Positions 1 to 13,304 of a stretch of DNA of 64,000 nucleotides are shown here, in pieces. Positions within the stretch are counted from its first letter, which is position 1. Every line of letters begins with the position of its first letter. The translations under genes were made by a program, and so were the position numbers. The notes below the pieces were generated by a model. That model had not been told where the DNA came from. It saw only the letters and a list, made by a program, of their open reading frames with translations, and did not search any database. The DNA lies in NCBI RefSeq assembly GCF_009914755.1, contig NC_060933.1. One strand, given 5' to 3'. This DNA comes from the human T2T-CHM13v2.0 reference genome, Homo sapiens.

Positions 1-504
1 CTCACACTCCTGTTTGTAATCCTGCCCTGGACAAAAGAAACCATGTACACTGCCAAATGCCTGGGGTCCCTGTCTCACTGGTGGTCATTGTCTTACTACT
101 CTATACTGTTTGGGTCCCAAGGACAAAGTTTAAATGTGGGGTCTTCTGAAGTGTCATCTTGCCTTTATATAGTTTTTTTTGTTTTTTGTTTTAAAGTGTG
201 GTTCTCAGTACCCAATGGCAGGCGGCACTGGGTGTCCCTTCTTTCCTTTCTCTCTCTTTTGTCACCACCAGTGAAGCCTGATGCCCACAGACTATTTGGA
301 TTGGAAAATAGCCTTCTTTAAAAAACATGGTACCCTAGATGAAACCAGCTCACCTCCTTCCCCACTCAATTGTCCTCAGGCCGCAGATCCTCCCACCTCG
401 CTCCCTGGGGGAGGATGGAGCCCGGAACCCCTAGTTAGATGTATGAACTGTCACCACAGCTCACTCTGCCCCAGGCTTCTACTCAGGGTTCTGCATACAT
501 TAGC

Positions 505-620
505 TTCTCTGACCCTCACAGGTAGGTGATGTTGGACCCGTTTTACAGAGGAAGGAATCTCAGCCATAGAATATTCAAATGGCTAGTCCATATCACAGTG
601 TCACTGAGTGGCTAACTCTG
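505..620 (-). mobile_element. MIR SINE fragment
   Basis: Degenerate MIR core ccgttttacagaggaaggaatctcag...tcacag. Confidence 0.5.
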
Positions 621-902
621 AGTGTCTAGTTAGGAAGAAACAGGAAGGAACTGGTTCAGTAGTAATCTCCATCTTTATCCAACAATTGCCAAGTCTTGAC
701 TACTACAGTCTACTTAGGGGTGGCTGGGAAAAAGCAATTCTTGATTTATTATTCGAGGGATTCCTATCTTGCTGATGGCTTTAGGAAAGTCTCTGTAATC
801 TTGCCACTCACCCTTTCCCTATACTGGCTGTATGGAAGCATTGCGGGAGATGGCCTTAGAAATGCCACGAGACTGGCTTTGGAGAGCACACTCCTCCAGC
901 AC

Positions 903-1070
903 GGGGCTTCTCAAACCTCAGCTGCATCAGAATCACCTGGTGGGCTTGTAAGACACAGATTGCTGGGCCCCACTCCCTGAGTGTCTGATTCAGGGGGCCT
1001 GAGAATTTCTAACAAGTTCCCAGGTGATGCTGATGATGCTGGTCTCGGGACTACACTTTGAGAACTGCCG
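903..1070 (-). mobile_element. MER5A (hAT-Charlie MITE)
   Basis: ttctcaaac...gcatcagaatcacctgg...tttctaacaagttcccaggtgatgctgat...cactttgagaac; terminal inverted repeats. Confidence 0.9.
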
Positions 1071-1983
1071 ACTTCCACAGTCTGTGTACACACACACACA
1101 ACCTGTGCTGTTGTTGGCTCTGAGTAGGTCTGGCACTAGGGTGAAGGAGCTACTTGCAGGACCCGAGAGTGAACAGCTACTTAAGTCTTGTTCCCTAAGC
1201 ACTTGGCTTGCCTCATCCTAGTGCTGGCCCTGAGAAAAGGAAATCAACATCATTCCTTAAGCCAGGAGCCTTAGTTAGTCTCTGAGTTCCTGCCTCCGGC
1301 CCTCTGTCAGGATGGGGGCCCCCTCACAGCCTGCCTCTGGTCAGTGGGCATGCCACAGCCTGCTGAACACAACTGCCTCCCAGACCCACAGGAAGTCTCT
1401 CTGCTGAGTTGGCACCTCTGCCCCAGGACAGCAGTTAAACCATCCCCCTTCAGGGAAAACAGGAAGATGCTTATAGAAAAAGGTGATTACAGTTTAATAG
1501 TATAACGAAGGCACTGTGGCTTTGCTTTCTGCATTCTTTCTAACAACCACTGCTTTCTGGCTCAGGACTGGGACTACTGGGTTGGCTGGCGGAAGTTAAT
1601 TCATTCTCCTCTGAGCACTCCAGGGTGGAGCAGGCAGGTTAGGCTCCAGTTGTTCCAGCTTCAGTTTGTCAAAGGCCAGAACTTGGACGTAACAGTGTAC
1701 TGCAGGCTCCAGGGCAGTGAGGTAGGTGTGTGGCAGTTGCTGTGGTTGCCTAAGAAGACATCGCTAAGAATTTCCCTTATAAGCCCATTTCTAGGTTGGT
1801 AAATTAAAGATAATAAAATTCTTCCAGGCTGAAATTTGGCAAGCTGTTCACAAGCTTCTCTGCAAATGCACTTCTTCCTGCAGAAACCCTTTGAAACTGG
1901 TTCCATGGTTCCATTCACCTTCATGTACTGGATCCACCATGGAAAGTAGTGGGTTTCAGAGACTTTTGCCCACATGCACTTCT

Positions 1984-2458
1984 TTTTTTTTTTTTTCTTT
2001 AAGTTCTGGGATACATGTGCAGAATGTGCAGGTTTGTTACACAGGTATAAATGTGAATGGTGGTTTGCTGCACCTATCATCCCGTCATCTAGGTTTTAAG
2101 CCCCGCATGCTTTAGGTATTTGTCCTAATACTCTCCCTCCCCTTGCGCCCCACCCCCAACAGGCCCCGGTGTGTGAAGTTCCCCTCCTTGTGTCCGTGTG
2201 TTCTCATTGTTCAACTCCCACTTATGAGTGAGAACATGAGGTGTTTGGTTTTCTGTTCCTGTGTTAGTTTGCTGAGAATGATGGCTTCCAGCTTCATCCA
2301 TGTCCCTGCAAAGGACATAAACTCACTCTTTGGTATTGCTGCATAGTATTCCATGCTGTATATGTGCTACATTTTCTTTATCCAGTCTATCACTGATGGG
2401 CATTTGGGTTGGTTCCATGTCTTTGCTATTGTAAATAGTGCTGCAATAAACATATGTG
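1984..2458 (-). mobile_element. 5'-truncated primate L1PA (about L1PA7-8) 3' end
   Basis: Poly-T followed by L1 3'UTR/ORF2-end sequence; TSD cca(c/g)atgcacttct at ~1970-1983 and ~2459-2472. Confidence 0.93.
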
Positions 2459-3060
2459 CCAGATGCACTTCTTATATGTCCATGGTCCGTAGGTTAATTT
2501 ATTGTGGAGAGAACAATGCAAAAGGCCAGAGAAGGAAGGTAAGTTGGGACACAAATCTGCGAATTGGGGTTTCATCACAGGAGAATCAAATCTGGAGGTA
2601 GTTGGAAAAGTCTCCTTGTCTCTAAATATCCCCTTTGCTGCCTGAAATAGTTTCTGAGGTTCATGCCTTTGATTTACAGTATTAAGTCCCTAGATGTCCC
2701 TGATTACAGTTCGAGTGTCTCTATTTCATGGCCACTTTAAAATATGCTTTATCTCCACTGGACACAGAATAGGTAAGTTTTGACCAGGCATTGTGTTGGC
2801 TTGGGTTATTTATCCCAATGGCAGTTTCCCCCAGGGAATGCCAGGTGCACCAGTACAGGGCATCGGGCACTGAAACCCAGTTTTGTCTACTTTCTCATTT
2901 TGCCCATGGTTGTCCTGCTTTCTTGATCTCCCTCTATTCTTTTTGTAGAATATTTTAATTTTCCCTAACTTGTCAAGGGAAGTGATACTATGTCAGACTC
3001 AAATTTGAACTCACTTCTAAATCTTAAGTTTGAATTGAATCCGGCAAAGAAGGGATCTGT

Positions 3061-3390
3061 TTTTGTTTTTTGTTTTGTCTCTTTCAGAAGGAGTCTCACT
3101 CTGTTGCCCAGGCTGGAGTCCAATGGCGTGACCTCGGGTCACTGCAAACTTCGCCTCTCGGGTTCAAGTGATTCTCCTGCCTCAGCCTCTGGAGTAACTG
3201 GGGCATGCACCTGTAGTACCATCTACTCAGGAGGCATGTGCTACCACCCCAGGCTAATTTTTGTATTTTTAGTAGAGATGGGATTTCACCATGTTGGCCA
3301 GGCTGGTCTTGAACTCCTGACCTTGAGTGATCCACCCGCTTCGACCTCCCAAAGTACTGGGATTACAGGCATGAGCCACCGCGCCCAGCT
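3061..3390 (-). mobile_element. AluS with an internal inverted insertion
   Basis: Full dimeric Alu; TSD aggg(a/t)tctgtttt at 3051 and 3391. Confidence 0.95.
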
Positions 3391-5014
3391 AGGGTTCTGT
3401 TTTATCCTGTGAAAATCTTTCTCCATTCATTTATCCTATAAAAAAAATCATCTTTATTCACAGCTCAGAGGATCTGGAAACCCCTTTGAGCAGCAGTCCT
3501 CAGCTGAAATCGGGGCTGCTTATTCCATTTTCCTGATGCCAGCTGTGGGGGCAGAGGTCCTTTGCCCTGAGGATTCTTGGAGACCATGCGGTTGGCCTTG
3601 CATCCAAACAGGCACAATTCAAAAGAATCATTGAGTGGATATTGGCTTCATTCTCATTTTTGGACATTGTGGCTTAGCACCTTTAACTGAACTCTGTGAG
3701 GAAGCCACTTGAGGAGCTGAGGCAGGGTAAAGCCAAGTCTAGGTGTTGCCCCTTAATTAGGAGTTTGGAACACTCAGCTACCTGGAAGAGGAAGGCAGCT
3801 GCAGAAATGTCTCAGGTGAACAGGAGGTAAAAAGAGAAATTGAAAGCACTTGTTGCAGAGAAGACCTACATTGTTTTTCCATGGTAGGAGTCAGGGTTTG
3901 AGAAATCGCCTAATACAGAAAAAGGTTGGATGGCTTTTGTACCCAGGAGTGAGTGATAGCATCTGAGGCAGGCAGGTGGGCTACAGGGTTGGGCATCATG
4001 AAGGGGTGGGGTGGGGGCATGGTAGAATGTCCCGAAATCACGTGTAAATACATGTGTGTTTGTCTCTCTGATACCCTTTCCTTCACCCAAACTTGTCCCT
4101 TCTCTTTTAAGGACACTCTCAGCTCCTTGGCCATCTGCGTTTCAGTTCTGCACTCAGTCATGTGCCAGTTATTATTAACAGTGATGAATCCTGCCTGCTA
4201 TTTCTTGAGGCTCAGCTAGAGCCACAAATCTGGCAAGGATCCCAGGTTCCTGGGAGAGGAGAACCAGTCTTCTTCCTGCAGACTACAGCTCCTTTCCTGA
4301 TTTTGGAGGGCTGATTCAGCATCCCACCCTGGCATCACAAAGTTCATAAGGCCAGGGACGAGTTATGCTCATCTGCATGGGGCTACTTGGTCCTGCATTA
4401 TGTCTGCAGGTTGTTCTTAGAGCTCTCTAAGCAGAAGTACAATCCCCACATTGTATGGGGGCTGGAAATCGGCACAAGTCAGGGATGTTCCTTGACACCC
4501 TCTGGGAGAGATGGTCGACCCCAGAAATGTGACCTAGTTACACTTGCAGTATCACATGCCATTTCCCGCTGCTGCCCTGGCTGTGACTGCTCTCAGGTTG
4601 AGCATGGCTGTGCTGTGCTGTGCCTGAGGGCAGCCTTGCTTCTGCCTTGCTTCCTGGGAACCCAGATCCTAGAGCTGGGCCTTGGAGGTCATCCAGTGCT
4701 GCCTCCTCCTACACAGACCAAGTCAGGCAGCCCTTGGACATTGCCTCAGCTCCTTGGCTCTCCACCAGTTCTTTTTCCTCCAGCATTGGAGGAAACATCC
4801 CTGTCTCCACTCTGGGTTCTAAACTCTGAAACTTTGTTGTGTTGGAAACTCTTCATCAGAGAGCTAATTATATTTCAGACATGTGGAAGAACTCAGATTC
4901 CAAAGATGCAGTGTTTGGGGCCAAACAAAGCCACAAAACACTACATTTTATGCCATACCATGTAACATGTATTCACTCTTTCAGATGTATAGGGATCCCA
5001 CCCGTCTGTGATCT

Positions 5015-5075
5015 TCAGCGTGTAGAAAAGAGCCTGGCACATAGCAGGTGCTCGATATATATTTGTTGAATGAAA
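5015..5075 (+). mobile_element. L2 3' end
   Basis: gcctggcacatagcaggtgctc...atttgttgaatgaa. Confidence 0.75.
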
Positions 5076-5184
5076 GAACCTGTTGAATGACTGTATTAGA
5101 TCACGAACATATCCTTAAGTGTTTTCCTACGTGCTCCTGGTTCATTCTGCCCCTTCAAAGGTAGTTCCTTATCATGAAGAACGG

Positions 5185-5430
5185 CTTAAGCCTCGTGGTT
5201 AGTATAAGCTCTGGAGCTGGGTGACTTGGATTAGAATCCAGGCTCTGCTCTTTCAAGCTGTGTGGGCTTGGGAAAGTCATTTATCCTCTCTATGTCTCAG
5301 TTTCCTTGGCTATAAAATTGAGATAGTAAAAGTACCTATCACATGAGATTGTTGTGAAGACTATATACATTAATACGTTTAACACAGAGTGAGCACTTTA
5401 TACATGTAACCTGATGTTATTCTTACTATT
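5185..5430 (+). mobile_element. MIR
   Basis: gtggtt...ctctggagc...gctgtgtgggcttgggaaagtcatttatcctctctatgtctcagtttcc. Confidence 0.85.
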
Positions 5431-6670
5431 ACTTGATGTGTCTTTTATCAACATCATAAACTTTATAAATAAACATTAGTTTTTCTAACTCAGACAGCTT
5501 TCCAAAACAGCTTTTGGGGACCTAAGGAGAGTGTGGTTTTCTTTTGCTTATAGTTATGCCATCTACTCTTCATTCCAACCAGAGAAAGAACCTTACTTTT
5601 CTTATTTGGCTCTAGTTTAAGCACTGGTAAGCCTTATCTCACTTTTGTGTGGCTGAACAAGGTGTGGATATAAAGTAATAACACTGAGTTTCATACTTAG
5701 TGTGTAGTCTATCCCAGCAGATGATACATTTTTCTCTATAAATTATTGGTTGTTGTCAAGAATGCTTTGCTTTCTGCTTCATTATTCTCCCACCCCAGCC
5801 TGCTAGTGCCTCAGCATCAATTGGCTCCATTAGTGATGGTGCTGGTGCCTTCTATGATCTCTCATCTCCTAAGTTCTTGGACAAGATCCTAACCCTTGGC
5901 CTTCCTGTCAATCAGTCTGGGTGCTTGAGTTCTCTTGCCTGACCCCTCCACTTGAGATTTAACCCAACTGGGGTGGTAATATCTGCCTGCTAAGCCTCTA
6001 CTGGCTTCTGTGGATGTAAGCTGTGTCTGGGCAGCCTCCTCCTTATGAAGGCCAACACCCCATCTGGTTTCCTCCCTACTCAAATTAGAGTTGCTGAATG
6101 GGAAGTGGCTACCCAAATCCTGGCCTGATCCCTAATAAGACACCTAGGGATTTTTAGGATGTTTCCCATACCATAATTGCAGAAGTCAGCTAATATGTGG
6201 GGAGGAAAAAAATAATTTTTGTCAGAGGACTTTATGCTTTTGTTGCCATCTTCAAATCTTTTAGCCTATAGTTACCATGTTTTGGTAACTTGTATCTTGG
6301 GGTGTAATATTCATTTAAATATTTTGGTTCTTAAAATAACAGAACCTCTTTGGTAGATCACCCCAGCATCAGTCTTACTTCTATATCTTTTCAAACTATT
6401 AGGTTTTGAAGAAGTTGAGTGAAATCCATTTATGTTAGTAGAGGTGATGGGTATCCCAATAAGTAGAGCTAGCAGGTAGTTAAACTTGTCTTGGGTATCC
6501 TTGTTGGTCAACCCTGATTTTCGTGTCTAACAACTATCCCAGCACTCTCCTTCAATTTTTCTTATGCTTTTCTTAACCAACTAAATCATATAAATGTAGT
6601 TATGCATTCAGGTCTAGGTTCTTGGAGTGTTTGATTACATATCCATCTATTTATATCTATTTACCTATCT

Positions 6671-6684
6671 AGATAGATAGATAG

Positions 6685-6731
<47 letters not shown>

Positions 6732-6744
6732 CAGATAGATAGAT
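6671..6744 (+). repeat. Tetranucleotide STR (AGAT)3 AG (AGAT)11 AGAC (AGAT)3
   Basis: Read directly. Confidence 0.97.
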
Positions 6745-6758
6745 ATAGTTTCACCTAC

Positions 6759-6950
6759 AGAATGGTTCTCAGCCCTGGCTGGAAATTAAAACAGGTAAAA
6801 AAAATTTTTTTTAAAGCTATATCCAGGTCTTACTCCAAGAGGTTCTGATTTATTTGTCCAGAAATGGGACCAGACTTGGCATCATTAAAAAACAACACAC
6901 ACTAACAGACTCCCTAGGTGATTGTGATATGTGTCCATGGTTGAGGAATG
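6759..6950. mobile_element. MER5-family (MER5B-like) hAT MITE
   Basis: tggttctcagccctggct...ggttctgattt...aggtgattgtgatatgtgtccatggttgagga. Confidence 0.65.
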
Positions 6951-7049
6951 TGTATTGGAATGGCTTTCAACTCCCCAGCTTCTCCAGATGTAAGAAAGAA
7001 GAAATGCCCTCATCTTAAGTATCTTTTGATGATTAGCAATTACCCACAG

Positions 7050-7495
7050 GCTAATGTGCAAAATGCCTTGTTTGGCATTCAAGGCCCTTCACAGTTTGCT
7101 CCAAATTACATTTCTCCTCTTCCTTCCCATTAATCTCTAATGTGCTGTTCATTCAACATGCCCTTTACTTACTTGCTTCTTGTTTTATTTGCAAAGTTCT
7201 CTTTACCTGTATAATGCTGCTTTTCTATTCTCCTGTCCCATGCTCATCTATTTAGGTTCCACCTATGCTTTAAGGTCCAGCTTTTTCTTAAAACATTCCA
7301 TAACTTTTCCAGATGAAAACCCTCCCTTCCCATGGCTCTCTGCACTTTCCACTGTGTAAGTCTTCTTATTGGCATCTCCTGATAAGAGTCCCCACCCTGT
7401 CACCTCATCAGACTGTTATGTCTCTGAGAACAGGAATCACATCCTCCTTACAATGCCTGATAATATGTGGCATCAACAAACACTTTGAATTTAAC
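7050..7495 (+). mobile_element. L2 fragment
   Basis: tggcattcaaggcccttcaca...agactgt...tgagaacagga...caatgcctga. Confidence 0.65.
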
Positions 7496-8599
7496 CAATC
7501 TGTAAAGCCATTGTTGAGATTGATGGAAAAAAAATAAAAAATCCTTAACATTTTTTTCCTGTAGTAAAAGAGGTTGTGTTTAGTAATCCTTCCTACCATG
7601 GGACTTCAAAGAGTTTGAAGGCTTATGCTGTAATTTCCAAATATAACAGCAAAGCAGTATTACAGCTTGTCTCACCAGTACATGGCCTGTTTCATCCCTA
7701 ATTTGCCAATGGACAAAAAGCTCTTGGATTATTTACCCATCAGGGATGCCTAAGTCCCTTGACTCTCTGCCATCACAAACAACCACAATGCAACCTTGAG
7801 AGTGGCACTGCTGGGGCTGGAAAGTATTTTTTGGCAAGGGATGACCAGACTTTGAACTAGCTATGGAGAGCGGGTGTTTCTGAGGTACTCAGGTGTGAGA
7901 TGTCCATAGCACCCACCTTGATGGTTAAAAGCACATAAGGATATTTGTCTGCTCTGGGAAGAAGTTCTTATATATGGTTATGACAAATGGAGAAAGCAGA
8001 GGATCAGGTTTGCAAGTCAGATCTTCCAGGATATTTGCTTTCTCTACTTTGTGAGAAATTTGCATGTGTTTTATGGGATTCTGAGGCTAAGAATAAGATA
8101 ATAAAACAAGTGGTATCATTACCATAATTTCATTGCATCATGAATAAATAATATGTTTTACAGAAAACCCTACTGCAGACTATTCATACTGTGAACAAGC
8201 ATCTAAGTGTCTACTATCCATCATGTTCTATGTTAGTAGTTGGAGGACATAGTACATGAGTACACACTCCATAGGGTTCACAGTCATGGTCCCTGCCCTT
8301 GGTGGCGGCCCTAGGCCAATAGAGGACACAAAAACCCACAATTGTGGTAGAAGGTAAAAGGAATTGTGTGCTAGTCAAGGCTTTTCATTTGATCAAGCAG
8401 TGAAGGAGGTATTGGAAGGTTGTCAGTTAGCTCTCAGAATCAACAGGAAGTATAGAGAGCAATATTTGGGCAAGAGTAATACAGAGATGCAAGGTGTAGG
8501 CAAGATACTTCTGGAAGAGGCATTTGTGTGACTTTATCACTGGACATTTGTTACTTCACTGCTGGACCTGCCTGTTCATTCAGGAGCTGTGAGGAGGCT

Positions 8600-9470
8600 C
8601 AATTTGAGGGAGATAGAATTGCCAATGGGGAGGCTAATTAGGAGGCTACCCATGTATCTAAGGAAGAGATTATGAGGGCCTGAATTAGGGCAGGGGTGTT
8701 AGGTGTGAAAGGCAAGCAGTAAATAAAGCAACTTAAAGGGGATTAAGTTGGTAGGGCTTGAGTACTGATTGATAGGAGTAATGAGTCAGAGGAAGAGTGA
8801 CTCTGAAATTTCTAGTTTGGGCAGCTGTTTGGTTGATGGTGCCAACAGTTGGGAGAGTTCCAAGAGGAACTTCATGCTTAGGGTAGAAAAAGATATGATC
8901 AGTTCTGAGCTGCCTGGGACACATCCAAGTGGAGACTTCGAGCAGGGCATTGATGTAAGAATCTAAAGATCAGGTATAGTCTGGGCAGGAGTATGGGAAC
9001 CTTTAGCAGAAAGGTAGTAGTTAAAATTACGAGCAGAGATGATATCACCCAAGGAGAATGGATAAAGTAATAACAGCAGGAGGCTAAGAAAAGATGCCTT
9101 GAGCTCACATTTAAGGATTAGGTATAGGAAGGAGATGGGGACATGAAAGAAACAGGAAGAACCGGGCATGTATGAGAAGAATTAGGAAAGTGGAAGATTG
9201 TAGAAGCAAAGGAGTTAGGATTTTCAAAAGGAGGACGTGATCAGTGGGGCCCCATGCAGTAGGGTGGAACAAATGGGAAATGTCAATAGTTGGTAAAGAC
9301 TTCTCAGCAAAAAAAGTTTAGATGTGAGAAGAAAGGGGTTCAACCATACCTACAAAGAAACTTTGAGATGAAAGTTTTATTTTTTTTTTCGTTTTGTTTT
9401 GTTTTAGGAAGGGGGGACTTGAGCTTGTTTCTATAGTAAGGGGAGGGGACCAGCAAAGAAAGAAGATTGA
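8600..9470 (-). mobile_element. L2 fragment(s)
   Basis: Purine-rich antisense L2 motifs (attaggaggcta, gagggcctgaattaggg, gacacatccaagtggaga). Confidence 0.7.
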
Positions 9471-9730
9471 AAAGAGGGGGGCTTCCTTGCTAGCTCTGGA
9501 TTAGATCCAAGTTCCACTTTGATAATTCAGAAACCCTAAGAGCCTGGGAATTCCTTTGTACCCATATAATTCCAAGTACCCTCCACTGAGTGGCTTGTGG
9601 GCACTGGAGTGTCGACTTCAAATGTGTGAAATTTTATTTCTACTGTAAATACAGGGGAGGTGGGAGCTTGGGCTGAATCTGTGGTAATTATGATGTGCCC
9701 TGGAACTTACTCATTGAAAAACAAAAACAA

Positions 9731-9878
9731 GGCCAGGCATAGTAGCTCATCCCTGTAATCCCAGCATTTTGGGAGGCTGAGGTGGGCGACTATCACCTTA
9801 AGGCCAGGAGTTCAAGACCACTCCTGGAGACTTAGCGAGACCCTGTCTCTTTAAAAAAACAAAACAACACAAAAACAA
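9731..9878 (+). mobile_element. Free left Alu monomer (FLAM-C-like)
   Basis: ggccaggcatagtagctcat...gagaccctgtctct plus A-rich tail; single arm. Confidence 0.9.
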
Positions 9879-10039
9879 GTCTTTTATAAGCTGCAGGAGA
9901 ATGTTTTAGGTCTATGGGAATGTTACTGTATAATATATTCTATTTCTGTTATAGAAGTAGTTCCGAGTGAGAAGTACACAGTGAAACTTAATGAGATAGT
10001 TATGCAATAGCTTCCTATGCAGCCCAGGTCTGTGATCTA

Positions 10040-10240
10040 TAGGTAGCATTTAATAGTGCCTGACAAGCACATTTACTTTCATCATCTTTAACTTTCACAA
10101 CAATCTTGAAGGTGGTTATTATCAGTATTTTACAGATGAGAAACTGTGAGACACAGAGAGATTAGGATAACGTGCCCAAAGCAACTCAGTTGGAGAGTGG
10201 GAGAGTGGGGATATCAAGCCAAGCTCACCTGGCTTGAACT
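10040..10240 (-). mobile_element. MIR
   Basis: ttttacagatgagaaactgtgagacacagagag...tgcccaaa. Confidence 0.85.
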
Positions 10241-11467
10241 TCAAGTGGTCCTAATTCACTTGGAGTTGGATGATGCTTTTGTTATTCCAGAGGTCAACAC
10301 CAAGGAAGTCAGACTTGCAAGTTGTACGCTTCTCTGCAGAAGGTGGGGAACCTCTGCCTCCATCATCAGTGTTGATGATGTCCCAACATTACAACTCCTT
10401 CCCTGAGTTCTAGGCCCCACCTACAACTAGTGTGTCTCCCGGGCAGTGGTGAGCCTTTGGAAGGCATCAAGTAGAGACAGAGAAATGTAGTTTTTACTAA
10501 TTTCTTTTCCATAACAGATTAGAGTTTGCTCTTGGAACCATTTGAAGGATTCTCTTCTCAATCCTCAGCATAATCTTGGAAGAGAACTTCAGGGAAATTT
10601 TATAGCTTGACCTAAAATACTTTGGCAGTCTTAAGGAGTATTCCTAAACTTCAAGTTCATCTATTCCTACTGTGAAAGAATTAAAAGAGTACACAAATAA
10701 ATGTGCTTTTGCAAGCTGGTTGCCCTTCTAGATAAGAATTTTGGTACTTCTTCATTCTATTACTCTTAATAGAATGGCAATGTTTCTATACAGTCCTGTG
10801 ATATATAACTTTGCTAGATGCTTAGAGAAATTTCCATTCCTTATTTGAAAAACTTTTGCCTCACTGCCAAGGAGAGCTGAAGTGTTATTTGGGGCTATGC
10901 TTATAAAGAGGATGACTTTAATATGCTTTTGCTTCAGTGAGGGGCTGACTCCTTCGTTTACCAATATTTTATGACCAAAACAATCTATCCAAAACTACAA
11001 CTCAGGAAGTTTTCTAAGTGTCTACAGATTTCTTCTATTTCTTTGACTTTATTAAAAGTGAATAATAGGGTAGACTGTTGGAGAATTTTCTCGTGAAGTA
11101 TGTTTTGATCCTATATTAGCCAACTTTAAAGTATAAGCTTTATGGAAAGAAACTCTGGTTTTCCATTACAAATCCTGAAAATTGGCAACAGCCATCTGAA
11201 ATCCCACTGTTGTTTCTAAAAATCTTTTTTCTTTTTCATAAATTCTGGTGAGGAAAATGTGAGTTAAACTTTAGTATCTTTGTTGTCAACTTATGTTGTC
11301 AATATAAAATATTTAAACTACTTATACATGGTTCTGTACTGAATAATGTATAATACAAGATAAGTGATGTTGGGGATAACACATCTGAAGATGCATTGTA
11401 TTGGCACGCGGCGTGATTCATTTTCTCTTGGGCTTGTGGACTAGGACTTATAGTACTTGCTTTAAAG

Positions 11468-11984
11468 CAGGGGTCCCAACCCCCAGGCCACAGATCGGTA
11501 CCGGTCTACTAGAAGCCCAGCCACACAGCAGGAGTGAGCAGCAGGCAGGCAAGCGAGGCTTCATCTATATTTACAGCCACTCCCCATCACTTGCATTACC
11601 TCCTGAGCTCCACCTCCTACCAGATCAGCAGCGGCATTAGATTCTCATAGGAATGGGAACCCTACGTAATTTGCACATGTAAAGGATCTAGGTTGCGTGC
11701 TCCTTATGAGAATCTAATGCCTGATGATCTGTCACTGCCTCCCATCGCCCCTAGATGCAACTTTCTAGTTGCAGAAAAACAAGCTCAGGGCACCCACTGA
11801 TTCTACATTATGGTGAATTGTATAATCATTACATTATGTATTGCAATGAATAATAGTAGAAATAAAGTGCACAATAAATGTAATGTGGTTGAATCATCCT
11901 GAAAGCATCCTCCCACCCCCTGGTTTGTGGGAAAATTGTCTCCCACAAACCAGTCCCTGGTGCCAAAAAGTTTGGGGACTGTTG
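11468..11984 (+). mobile_element. MER1A (hAT-Charlie), full length
   Basis: Ends caggggtcccaac...tttggggactgttg; perfect 8-bp TSD CTTTAAAG at 11460-11467 and 11985-11992. Confidence 0.93.
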
Positions 11985-12929
11985 CTTTAAAGAGTATTGA
12001 ATTCAAAAGAAAATTCTGCTAACTGTTAGAAATCAATCCCAGGTTTTTACACCATCCCCTATTAAAGAACATATCAATAATTACCAATGATGTCTTAATT
12101 TCTGTCATGATCAAGTTTGATCCAAGTGGCCCTCTTGCCTATCAAGTACGCTATTATGCAGCTTTTGAGAGAGGATGAGGGTGACCTATGTGTGTAACAG
12201 CTTAAAGCAGACAGCTCAGTTGCCTCAGAATATTCCTCAAGCTTCTTGTCTCTCCACAAACTCAGCTACTCACAATAAAAACTGCTAGAAGATGAAAAGG
12301 GTGCAAAATGGTTTATATTTTTAATTAACCCCTTTAATTTGTCAAGATGGTTATTAGGAAGTCATTCGTACTTTGGGGAGCATATTCCTGTCATAAAATA
12401 AGTTTGGACACATTTATGAGCGATCTCTTGCTGAGCACAATATTAGCCTAGTAGTCTAAGAATTCTTAGAAAATTAATTGGTCTTGGAGAAATAGATAAT
12501 ATTTGCCATTATTTCCATCCTAATGTGCAGTGAATCATAGTCATGCACAAAAGGCACCGGATTTTAGACTCAAGTGATTTAAAGACTTTTCCTTGGAGAC
12601 GTTGACAAAGGAAAAAGCCTGGAGAGAGACCATCTGAGATTTCATTTCATTCTCCTTTAAGTTTCCATCACAAACCACCAGGTGTGCTGCAGAAGGACTT
12701 GCCATCCAGGTGCCCTCAGCTGGGAGCTAAGGGTGATGCCTGGAATGTTTTATTTCAGTATTTGAAAGTAGATACCTTGATAATCATTTAAAAATTTTTA
12801 TCCTTAGATTTCATTTGAGTTGCTAAAAATAAGCTCAAAGACCAAAGTGACATTTGCAAGCATTTGTAGAGCACTGAGTGGGCATGTTGGCATTGAACTT
12901 GAAGATTCAATAGGAATATGAACAATGAC

Positions 12930-13170
12930 AATTATTTTATTGAACAATTATTGAGCAATTATCACCAAACACTGTGCTGAGTGCAGGACATGCATCATCT
13001 TATTTAATTCTTATAATCCCCCTATGAAGAAAATGTTCTTTACAGATGAAGAAATTGGGATTTAGAATTTTTTTAACATTCCCAAAATCATAGAGCAAGT
13101 TATTGGTGGAGCCTGGATTTTAACCTAGGTTTATCTCCGAAGACTAAGAACATAACCATTCTGCTTTGTC
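12930..13170 (-). mobile_element. MIR
   Basis: actgtgctgagtgc...atttaattctta...tacagatgaagaaa...gcctggattttaacctagg. Confidence 0.85.
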
Positions 13171-13304
13171 ACCTCTCTGTTTACATCCTCTCTTGACATG
13201 GGGTCTCAAAGGGTCCTTGTGATAGAAATAATAATAGTTATAAAAATAGATAACCCATATGGAGTGGTTTCTTTTGGGTATATATTGTTCTCCGTGTTTT
13301 TTAT

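Noticed and set aside
4387-4965. 192-aa ORF, the longest in the window
   Set aside because: Non-ATG start, no recognisable domain, and composition typical of chance ORFs in locally GC-richer intron.
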